Assembly: GCA_004764695.1 (NCBI GenBank)
Contig: SMSO01000014.1
Coordinates: 2,413,648-2,477,647 of the forward strand
Reading direction: 5' to 3'
DNA from: Schizochytrium sp. TIO01
Lineage: Eukaryota; Protista; Bigyra: Labyrinthulomycetes
Length of the DNA: 64,000 nucleotides
How positions within the stretch are numbered: the stretch's first letter is position 1; each line of letters opens with the position of its first letter. Shown here piece after piece: positions 54,969 through 64,000 of this stretch. Below the pieces are notes generated by a model. It searched no databases. It saw only the letters and a list, made by a program, of their open reading frames with translations, and was not told the origin of the DNA. A program made the translations under genes and the position numbers.

Positions 54969-55274
54969 AAAAGAGTCAAATCTCAATACGCAAGTTGCGA
55001 TCCAACATGATAAGAAGAGCTTGAATTCAAGTTGTCAAAATGAACATTTTAAAATGTTCGAATTCTAAATTCGCTGTTGCATTGAATGAAATGGACGTAG
55101 AAATTTATAATATTAATCAAATAGCTGAAAACTATACATGCATGCAATCACAGCACTTATTTACCGAGAATAAAATGGAAAGCTTACCTTATGCATAGTA
55201 ATAGAAGAACAAAAAAATAAGAATTTGTTTACTGGTTTCGACGGGCATGCCTTTTCCAAGAAAACTTCGAGATA

Positions 55275-56858
55275 TCAACCTCTTCCGGAGCTAATAGCGA
55301 GTTGTTCTCGAAAATCATCATCATTACTGCGTGAAATAAGGTCTAGTACCCGCCAGTATTGTAGAGTCCCACCACCTTGAGGTGATTCCATGAGGCTGTC
55401 ATCCGAACATGACAAAAAACCCCATGGGTCATGTAAACTCCAATCAAAATCTGAAGCAGGAGCTTGGTGCCCAGCATGTTTAAAAAATGGCATGGGCTCA
55501 TTCTCTGAGAGATCTTCGTTCAACCCAAGGTCCCAAATTAGAAAATCTTTCTGCTCATCTGTGCTCGCAAAGTAATGACGGTGGTGTGGCGACCATCGAA
55601 CATTGAGAACTGCAGACTCGTGGCCTTGAAAGCGCCGGACGACTCCAGGTGTCTTTCCAGGATCTCCAGTGTTAACTGTTGAAGAAGAGCTAAATTTCCT
55701 GGTGTCAAGCAAACATATATGCTTGTCGGAACTTCCAGTCAGAATATAGTATTCGTCATGAGCATTCCATGCGCAACAGTTGACATCACTCGTATGGATG
55801 CGTAGCAGATGAGTTGGGTTAGTGCCTTTACGGGCATCCCAAAATGCAGCCAATTTGTCGTCTCCCACAGAAATAAAGTTGTTACCTTCACTATGCGGAT
55901 TGAAAGCACACCCTTCAATCGGCCCGCTATGACCCACATAAATACTTCGAGCATCTGTTTTGCCATGGTGCATAAGGGCCGACTCTGCATCTCTGAGGTT
56001 CCATAAGCATAAGTCGCCATCAGATCCGCCACTTAAAATATGGTCTGATGTTGCCGAAAAATCAAGAGCATATTCTGCTTTTTTAGAATGGCCAGCAAGG
56101 GTGAGGTCAGGGATACTGGCATGTTGCGGAGTAAGCTTTTGAGACTTTGACGCAGCCACTACAGCATCTGAAACTTGGTGATCGTCACCAGATTCCTTTG
56201 CTGCTTCCGCAGCAGCAGCGGCCGAGGCTGCAATTGCACTTCCCCCATTCTTACCAGATCGATCTGGTTGGTTTTCAACATCCCAAATGAATACATAAGG
56301 CGAATCACTGTGTGTAGCAATAATGCCAGGTCGCAGAACTGACGGGCGCACACGATTTACTTCGCCAGGGTGGATAATACGTTTCTCAATAGTAATACGA
56401 GACGATTGGTTTGTTTCAGCGAATCGAGCAAGGTATTTGCGACGAGATGTGTTATTGAGGTTGATATCAACATTTCCGACCAATAGCAAGCTTGGCTGAC
56501 CCGAACTCCACAAATTAGTGCCAGGTGAATACTTTGCATCGGTTCGGCTTGAAAAATAGATCTGAGTATGTGCCCACGGATTCTCTTCATCACGTACACC
56601 AGGCCGAACATCAAAGGCGCACGTGAGGCTTGCCCAGTTTAGACTGTGGTGAAGGATGGTGTCGTAGAGTAGTGGAATATTCCGTTTCCATGCAACAAAG
56701 TAGTCTCTGGGGGAGGTAACATCCGGGCGAGTAAGGCCATAGTCTTTCAAAACAGGATCAATTGATCCGGTTCGTGGACGACGCGTCTCCTTCGTACTAT
56801 TTCCAGCCCTCTCCGTTGCTTGGCGGCTGCGTTTGCCCCCAGAGCCATCACCTCCCAT
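55275..56858 (-). CDS. WD40 histone-binding protein, RBBP4/MSI family (MSI4/FVE-like)
   Basis: WKRNIPLLYD..HSLNWASLTC, IIHPGEVNRVR, THSDSPYVFIWDVENQP, several WD repeats, FKHAGH, GGGTLQYWR. Confidence 0.9.
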   Translation of the reverse strand: MGGDGSGGKRSRQATERAGNSTKETRRPRTGSIDPVLKDYGLTRPDVTSPRDYFVAWKRNIPLLYDTILHHSLNWASLTCAFDVRPGVRDEENPWAHTQIYFSSRTDAKYSPGTNLWSSGQPSLLLVGNVDINLNNTSRRKYLARFAETNQSSRITIEKRIIHPGEVNRVRPSVLRPGIIATHSDSPYVFIWDVENQPDRSGKNGGSAIAASAAAAAEAAKESGDDHQVSDAVVAASKSQKLTPQHASIPDLTLAGHSKKAEYALDFSATSDHILSGGSDGDLCLWNLRDAESALMHHGKTDARSIYVGHSGPIEGCAFNPHSEGNNFISVGDDKLAAFWDARKGTNPTHLLRIHTSDVNCCAWNAHDEYYILTGSSDKHICLLDTRKFSSSSTVNTGDPGKTPGVVRRFQGHESAVLNVRWSPHHRHYFASTDEQKDFLIWDLGLNEDLSENEPMPFFKHAGHQAPASDFDWSLHDPWGFLSCSDDSLMESPQGGGTLQYWRVLDLISRSNDDDFREQLAISSGRG

Positions 56859-57079
56859 CCTTTACCAAAAGCTTTTAAAAGCCGTGCAGCACACGTGTTG
56901 GTGTCTTTGACAGGTTAATTATATCATGCAAAGTCAATCAGGAACAACAAACGTTTCGCCCCTGTCATTGCCTGATCCTTGGCGTTCAAGTTATTTCATG
57001 ATCTTCGCAAGAAGATTATTATTTTATTCTGCTGCTTTTGCCCGGTAGCACCTAGCAATCCATAATAAATGGTGGGGCT

Positions 57080-57240
57080 ATTTACTTAGAGATTCACCTA
57101 TAAAATTTGCAAAACATGCATTCCCTATGCTGACAATGGGGAGCTAAAGCCCAATCGTGGGTTAAAAACAAACCCGCAACTCAACGAAAATTCTTAAATC
57201 ATGTCTTTGGATAGATAGGAAGCACAGAAGGATGCCTCCA
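57080..57240 (-). ncRNA. Candidate Fanzor omega-RNA (copy C) / transposon right end
   Basis: Directly 3' of the Fanzor relic and homologous to both fold-back arms. Hairpins GGGTT..AACCC, GGGC-TTTA-GCTC and TGCA-TGTTT-TGCA. Confidence 0.5.
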
Positions 57241-57890
57241 GCGGCGTGAATATTACGATCGGCTACGCATTTGTATTTTTGGGGGGTCATTTGCAAACCC
57301 TGGATGTTCCCAGCTTGTCGTGGATGATACCACATTCATTGCGTGGTTTGGAAGTGGCAAATAACCAGTTTACACCACTGGCAGGGAGAAGCTCGGCTTT
57401 GTAAATGAGCGTTTGTCGGAAGCGAACAAACGGCACATCATTCGAGCTGTCTTGATTTTGATCCGTCTTGTAAACCTATTGAGGTTTCGGATTTAGGCAA
57501 AACATCGTAGTTTTCACAGAGCCAAGCGCAAGCTTGCGGTGAATCTCGGTAGTTCAGCAGGGCGCGCAAGCCCAGCCTTTAATGATATTGTAGACGGCGG
57601 AGGCGTCTGGATGGGCACGCTGGAGGCCACCCATATGGTGCTTCAAGTTCGCTTTTTATTTGACGGAGGACACTCCTGGTGTAGATAATGCTCGCGCGGC
57701 TGCCGGAACAAACCGCTGTTATAGGTGTGCTCAGCGTCGTCACTTGAATATATGCGTTTGTCTCCGGGGAAGTACCCAAAGGGCTCTTGCTAAAATGCCA
57801 AACTTCTGGTTGGAGTACTTTGTTGGCTTGTATTTTAGCTTTGCTTCGCTTGTAGCGTTCGGAGCTTGGTGGTTCCTTGGCCATTCCATT
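57222..57890 (-). pseudogene. Degraded Fanzor (TnpB-like RNA-guided RuvC nuclease, Fanzor2/IS607-type motifs)
   Basis: Co-linear motifs across frameshifts: EIHRKLA (57547-57527), WLCENYDVLPKSETS (57524-57480), KTARMMCR (57453-57430), RFRQTLIYKAEL (57424-57389), WCKLVIC, TSKPRNECGIIHDKLGTSRVCK (57355-57290), KCVADRNIHAAGGILL (to ~57225). The 5' boundary is uncertain. Confidence 0.88.
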
Positions 57891-59125
57891 TTCTTACCTA
57901 ATCTCCGCTTTAAAAACAAAACAAAACAAAACACTAAAATAAAGACCTTACTAATATAATCTATCATTCATTATATGGAATAGTTCCTGCCATTTGGAGG
58001 TTATATAAGTTTTAACGTTTCGTAGGTGGTTTCGATTTAAGCCAAAGATTACCTTCGTGCAAGCTCAGGGGTGAACCAGATCCAGTGAAAAAGTGCAGAA
58101 AGCAGAACAACTTGCCCGAAAGAGGTCTCAAGTGGTCATTAATCGCGATGGAAAGAGAAAGAAACAACAAGGAATCTAAATGCTAAATAATGGTGTTCAA
58201 ATGAAATTAAAAAAGCAATGAAGGTTTAAAATCTCCTAATTTAACGAACAATGATTTATACTTGATCATGTGAGCGCGATTTCGTGACAAGTTTAACGAA
58301 TATTTCAATCGGTCTTGATACTCGGTGAGAAGCTGGTATGTATGTGTTGCGTTAGGCTTCGTTTCGTAATTATATCACCTTGCAAGAAATCGTACGTTTT
58401 TAGTGTGGTGCTAGTTCTGTTCTCTTCATGAGTTAATCATAGCTATCATGTTTCGGATGGCTATGATTTATGAGTTCGCTTTATACGCAAAGTACTTTGT
58501 TCGAAGCTAGCAGCAAAAGTGATTAAACATATAAACAATATCTGCTCTGAAGGCAACTTTTGCCTTCCTCTTGACAATCAAGGATTGCATTTTCACAAAT
58601 ATCTCTGCAATTGCAATTAACAGCCAATGGAGTCTAATATTAAGGACTGGATGGTTTATTTGTGAGATTTTGATTGCATAGCCTGAGTATTCGGTGACCC
58701 CACGTAGTACTACAACTGATAGAACTCACAGCATGATTAGCGATAGTAACAATATCGGGTACTCGGATTGGGGTAAATAATGGATATAAGTATTATTACT
58801 AGCAATGTTTTTAGAATGAAGAAAAAATACTCTTCTCTAAGTAAAATATTTGTCTGTTCCGAATTCTTAATTCTTACTTGTACTACCTGCCTACCTACTA
58901 CCTGCCTACCTAAAATGACCTAGTAATATTTCATGCTTATATTCGGGTGTTGGGGACTAGTTATGTAGAACAGAACAGAGTAAGAAAGAACAATAAAATA
59001 GAATGAAAGACTCAGAAGCCCTATTTAGGAAAGAAGACGGGCATGGCAGATAACGTACGGAGACAGACTATATAGCGACAAAGGAGAGGCAGATAAGCAA
59101 CAGGCCCAGAGACGCAGGCCTTGGA

Positions 59126-61370
59126 ATGACATCTACTGCACTGTCTGGGGAAAACAAGGGGGCGGGTCTGGGAAGTCTGGGAGGGACTAGTGTTGCAAGC
59201 CACATGCATCAAACTCAGACCCGAAGGCGATCTGATTCTGGAGGCAATGCAGAGGAGATAGCAGCCATGGCGGCTGCAAGCTCGGCGAGGAAATTGTCGC
59301 CGTCAACACCAAGCAAAGATTTAAGAAGCAGACTTGGGCTTACTCCAATTTCGACAGGACCTGGGACCGGACCTGAAGCAGTGGAGCTTGTCGCATTATC
59401 GTCATCATCAACAGTAATTGCGTCTTCCTCTTCTTCAGGAGTTATGTCCACAGCAACAGGAGGCGCTCAACTCAAGGTTGATGAGCTCATGTTCAAATTT
59501 CTTTCCCAGGAGAATAATCATGCAATGCTCACTCGCCTCGTGGAGGACTTTGAGGCTGGGCTAGATCTGCAGCCCTCAACAAACATTCGGCCACTTTCTT
59601 CACCTGTGCTCTCTCCGCGAACCAAAGGTCAACGGCAAGCCTTTTCGCCACCGCGGAGCCCTCGGTCACCAGCATCGCCACGTTCCTCGCCTCTTTCATC
59701 GCCTCGAGCATCACCTCGAGCTAGGTCTCCTCGTGCTGGTCTTTCGGCTCACGTTTCTCCACGCAAGAATTTAGTGGGGAAGCTCATCACTGCAGATAGC
59801 CTCACTTTAGACGGTAGAGGTCCTTTGCAAACAGAGCCGGGGTCTGAATTTGACCATAAAACTCTTAGCGATGGCACAGCCTCTCCACACGACGAATCGC
59901 GCTCCAGTAGCCAAGCAACACAGCAATCCCAAGTCCTTATTCCACCTTTGCGTATTGCCCGGGAGCGATCGCCAGTCCGTGTAGCAGATCTTTCCATAGA
60001 GATTTCTCGTGAAATCGATCGCTACTTTGACTGCGCAAATTCAAATGGAATATGCAAAAACGACTTCGTTTCTGTATGCAAGGGACTTTGCAACTTCCCC
60101 ACGTTTCTTAACGAAAGTCTCTGTAAGCGAATCCTAGAGATTGCCCCTGGTGATTTGGGAAATTCAACAGAAATCCTGGACGGCTCTCGCCGAGCCGAAG
60201 GGAAATCTAGCGACCCTCCTGAGTTTTCTTCACGGCACGAATCAAAAACTGATCGCGGATCTGCTCCCGAAGCTAATGGGGACGGGGAAACCTACATCTC
60301 TAAAAAGCAATTCTTGAAATTTTGGGTTGAAGAAATGGAACCATACGATGATCAAGATCGTTTCTTCCGGTTGCTCAAACCAATGCATCGCGACTATATG
60401 CTGAGCGAAGATTTCATGCCACATTTAGAAGAGCTCTTAGCTTATCATCCAGGACTTGAGTTTCTCGAAAGTACTCCGGAATTCCAAGAAAAGTATGCAC
60501 GAACTGTAGCAGCACGCATAATGTTTCGGAATTAACACATCACGGAGTGGGCACATTACACGTCGGGAATTTCGGAAATCTGATCTTCTAGAGGTTTGTC
60601 ATCAAGTTGATGAAGAAGAAGACATCAATCTTGTTTTCAAATATTTCAACTACGAGGGTTTCTATGTTTGCTATGTCAAGTTTTGGGAACTTGATACTGA
60701 TCATGACTTTCTTCTTTCCAAAGAAGATCTTATGCGGCATGGTGGGCATGCCTTGATTCCTAAAATTGTTGATCGGATCTTTGAGCAACCTGTCTACCCC
60801 TTCATGAGTGGGGATGAGCAGGGGCGTATGGGTTATGAAGACTTTGTGTATTTCTTCCTTGCTGAGGAGGACAAGAGTAATGAAGCAAGTATTCGGTATT
60901 GGTTCGATTGTGTAGACTTGGATGGAGATGGTGTGATTACGCCTTGGGAAATGAAAATCTTCTATGATGGCCAGCTTTCCCGCCTTCAATCTTATGGTCA
61001 TGAAGCTATCTCATTTGCCGATGTACTATGCCAGGCTCATGATTTTGTCCATCCGCGCACAGAGGGAAGATTTGTTCTTGCCGACTTCTGCAAGCCTGAG
61101 GTAATCAAGATTAGTGGCATGATGTTCAACATACTGTTCAACCTTAACAAATTCATTGCTTTTGAACAAAGGGATCCTCATTGGATCCGTGCCCAGCATG
61201 AAAACCCTGACCTTACTGACTGGGATCGTTTTGTTGCGATTGAATACGCGCGCCTTGCCTCGGCAGAAGAAGAACGTGAGCTGGAGGAGGAGGATATGGC
61301 TAATTGGTCCGCCGACGGTAATCAGTTTGATCAGCAATCCTGGCAATTTAGTAGCGAGTCTCCTTTCTAA
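59126..61370 (+). CDS. Protein phosphatase 2A regulatory subunit B'' (PR72/PPP2R3 family); interrupted by one extra base at 60528-60531
   Basis: HPGLEFLESTPEFQEKYARTVAARIMFR, then in the +1 frame INTSRSGHITRREFRKSDLL...YFNYEGFYVCYVKFWELDTDHD...FFLAEEDK...YWFDCVDLDGDGVI (EF hand)...TDWDRFVAIEYARL. Confidence 0.92.
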
Positions 61371-61894
61371 TGGGTCATATATTCCTACTAAATTCGCGGC
61401 TGCTGTGTACACGATGCTGTTTCCTCTACGCAATCCTTCAAATAGGTTGTATTCTTTTTTTATTGTGAGATGAAGATAACAAGTGAGTATTTTAAAGTAA
61501 ATAGTTGATCCAATGAAGTCACATACCATGGTGGGTACGGTAAAACTGAAAATCAGAGGGGGAGAGCGGATTGAGGTTTAATGAAGTCCACAATCACTTG
61601 TTTTACTAGCGGGAGAGTCGCACCAACAACGAACACTGGAAACTGGAAATACAAAATTGGAGGATTTTGTATATTTTCATCGCTAAAACAGAGAGGTGCA
61701 CTTGGCACCGACCGCTCTGGTGTAGGGGATCGGTCTATTCATTGAGGATTTTGTTCTGCCAGACAGCAGCAAAATCTTCGAATAGAGGAATTAAAAAAAA
61801 AAAGCAAATAGACTATTTATTTATTTTCCTTCTGTGGAGTTGTTCCGGAAAAGAGGTAGATGCGAACGTATAGAGCCCTCATTTGCGTTTCAAA

Positions 61895-62677
61895 TTATTG
61901 TCCCCATCGGTCAGCAGTTTTCAGGTACTCTTCCTCTTCCGGAGTACTCTGGCGACCGAGAACAGCATTTCGATGGGGATAGCGGCCAAACTTCTCGATG
62001 ACCTCTGCATGCGATTTTGCAAAGCTAAGACCGTTCTGCGCATAGGCCTTCTGCCATCCATCAGGAAGGCAACCTTCTTGAGTTTCATAAAATTCAATAA
62101 CTTTTTTGTGGTCCTCGATATCTTCTGAGTGCATCAATGGCATATACCAAAATGTTCGGACAGTAAAAGGAAGGTCAATGTCCATTCCATTATCAAGAGC
62201 TTTTTTGACAATGCCTCGAACTTTTCCATCCTGTGCAAACGCCTCAGATTTTCCGCGATAGATGTTACGTGACATTTGGTCTCCAAGAATGCATGAAGCA
62301 GTTACACCTTTGGCAGTCTCAGGCCACTCATCATATTTGCCTTCTTTGAACTTCTGCAGATCTTCTCCAAACTTATTGCGAATATCTTCGTCAATGGCGT
62401 GCTTTTCCTCAGCTGATAAAGGTTTTCCATCTTCTACGCCAAACCATAGGCGGCCCGCTTTTTTCAAGCCATCTTGGCCGAACCCTGTTTCCTCCAGAGC
62501 CTTAAACCAATACTCATACACAGCTTTCTGCCGTTCGAGGCTCTCGCCTTTGGCGCCACGGCTTTCGGTTTGACCCATCGCAGCAGAATATCCACGAGTG
62601 CCTTTAATGAGTTGCAAACCTACAGAACGAGAGGTGGTTCGGAACAGCTTCAAGTTATTCTGCGCACACGAAAGCAT
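61895..62677 (-). CDS. DUF924 family protein with N-terminal transit-like peptide
   Basis: ILGDQMSRNIYRG..AFAQD, FWYMPLMHSED, FGRYPHRNAVLGRQSTPEE. Confidence 0.92.
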   Translation of the reverse strand: MLSCAQNNLKLFRTTSRSVGLQLIKGTRGYSAAMGQTESRGAKGESLERQKAVYEYWFKALEETGFGQDGLKKAGRLWFGVEDGKPLSAEEKHAIDEDIRNKFGEDLQKFKEGKYDEWPETAKGVTASCILGDQMSRNIYRGKSEAFAQDGKVRGIVKKALDNGMDIDLPFTVRTFWYMPLMHSEDIEDHKKVIEFYETQEGCLPDGWQKAYAQNGLSFAKSHAEVIEKFGRYPHRNAVLGRQSTPEEEEYLKTADRWGQ

Positions 62678-64000
62678 CCAGGCGATTGGGGTATGGAGCA
62701 GGGTTCAGGTTGCTTGATGCAGATCCAGACTTTCGAGTTCCGTAATTTCCCCTAGATTAATTTTTACGATTCTGTCTGTGCTTCAGGTAAATGAGCGTTT
62801 ACAACCCTGAAGTTGTTTCACTGAGGCTCTTAGAGCTCTGCTAGTGCATTTATACAACTTCATAGTAGTAAATATGGTATAGCAGGTAGCTAGAAGATGC
62901 TACCTACCTCCTTTTCAAAAGGAGGGTTCTCTTGTTCTTTCTAAGGCAATATCAACTCGTTCCTTGTTCTTCAGGTGCAGATAATAATACTAGGTAGTTT
63001 CTAGTTCGAGTGAACGATATTGAACATTAGTGAACAATGTCAGAATGAAAAGAAGTCACTTTGTGGAGAAATCCATGTAAAAACATCTTTCTGATTGATG
63101 CACAAAATGAAGCCATCCTCAGTGTTCCTCAGAGAAAAGCCACAGCTAAAACAAGCTAAATCAAACATTTTCTTTCTTGCACATTGATTGGATATCTAAA
63201 GCTTATTAGAAGACCAGCCAAATTATTATGTGCTTGTGAGCAAAAACCACATCCAAAACACTCGTTCAGGAAATCCCATTGATGATAAAGGTCAGGGAGT
63301 TCAACTGATTTATTTTTACAGGTCTAAAGTATGAATCTCAAAAGATATAAAACTACAATTGTTTTTGGATTCCTCAAATTTTCTACAATCTTATCTTTAC
63401 GATGCTATTAGATAAACTCCTGACAAAGTATTGCACTTCAATTCGTTACGGTCGATTGAGCTCTGCAAGATTTCTTGCCAAACGCCGATGATAAGCAAGG
63501 ATTGAGCGGTGGCTCGCTCAAGTAGATCTTACTGAGCTCCACGTTGAAAGAACAAATTGGTAATTTACCTCAGAAGCTTTCCAGCGAATCCACCATTGCT
63601 CTCATCTCTCTGGGTAAAGTAACATTTGTTGTGTTTTTATGTTCTCAAAGCAGCATGCACTGCATAGTAGAATGCAGGAACTGAAATGAAATCTCCATCT
63701 GAGCACCTAATACCTCGATTGATTCTTTGACTTCGTTTCGAGAGATTTCAAGTTGTATTGGAATTCTCACTCAATATATAACCACTACATTTATCTGAGT
63801 TTTGATCTGATGAACAAACAGATTGTCTAAACTCTATCGACCATATTTGAGAGATCCCAATCTCAGCAAAATAAAATATGAATACAACACTAAATAGTTT
63901 CGCCATTAAGTCTTACTTATCTGTCCCACACTAAAATCACCTTTATGTTCGCAAACTGAAGTTTCTTTACTACTGCCTCCCATGAACTCCGGTCTTCGTA

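Noticed and set aside
57579-57884. WPPACPS read as a Tc1/mariner WPPxSPDL motif
   Set aside because: No PDLNPIE or DDE context; the adjacent sequence fits Fanzor far better.
60523-60547. 25-nt GT..AG mini-intron that would restore the PP2A B'' frame
   Set aside because: It would delete conserved F-x-x-N-x-S-R-S residues and has no donor or branch consensus like the two real introns in this window.
63000-64000. Possible decayed coding sequence at the window end
   Set aside because: No ORF of 60 aa or more in the track and no motif I could recognise.
1-64000. tRNA, rRNA or CRISPR arrays
   Set aside because: No cloverleaf, rRNA-like segment or regularly spaced repeat-spacer array was seen by eye.

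Overview
Eukaryotic, intron-poor genomic DNA with about 23 protein-coding genes. Gene style and content suggest a heterotrophic stramenopile, possibly a labyrinthulomycete/thraustochytrid; this is inference only. Genes in order: kinesin (partial, missed by the ORF track), ABHD13-like hydrolase, PPR-Smr protein, coiled-coil protein, SET protein, tandem GST-kappa/DSBA protein, 3-exon nucleoplasmin-like protein, SH3 protein, pantothenate synthetase (one +1 frameshift), ArfGAP-C2, N6AMT1/HemK2, His-rich CDF transporter, MOK kinase, BolA2, small mitochondrial membrane protein, F-box-like protein, SHIP-like inositol 5-phosphatase with villin headpiece, SelJ/ADP-ribosylglycohydrolase-like protein, DedA-like protein, SMYD-like protein, catalytically degenerate REV1-like protein, MSI4-like WD40 protein, PP2A B'' subunit (one +1 frameshift) and DUF924. 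The main discovery lies in apparently non-coding DNA. A frameshifted Fanzor (eukaryotic TnpB-type RNA-guided nuclease) relic sits at ~57.1-57.9 kb on the minus strand. About 8 kb upstream (48956-49400) is a fold-back element made of two outward-facing copies of the same Fanzor 3' end. The three copies share a ~130-150 nt structured tail (candidate omega-RNA scaffold/right end), each running into its own flank (candidate guides). All translations and alignments were done by eye; no database searches were run.
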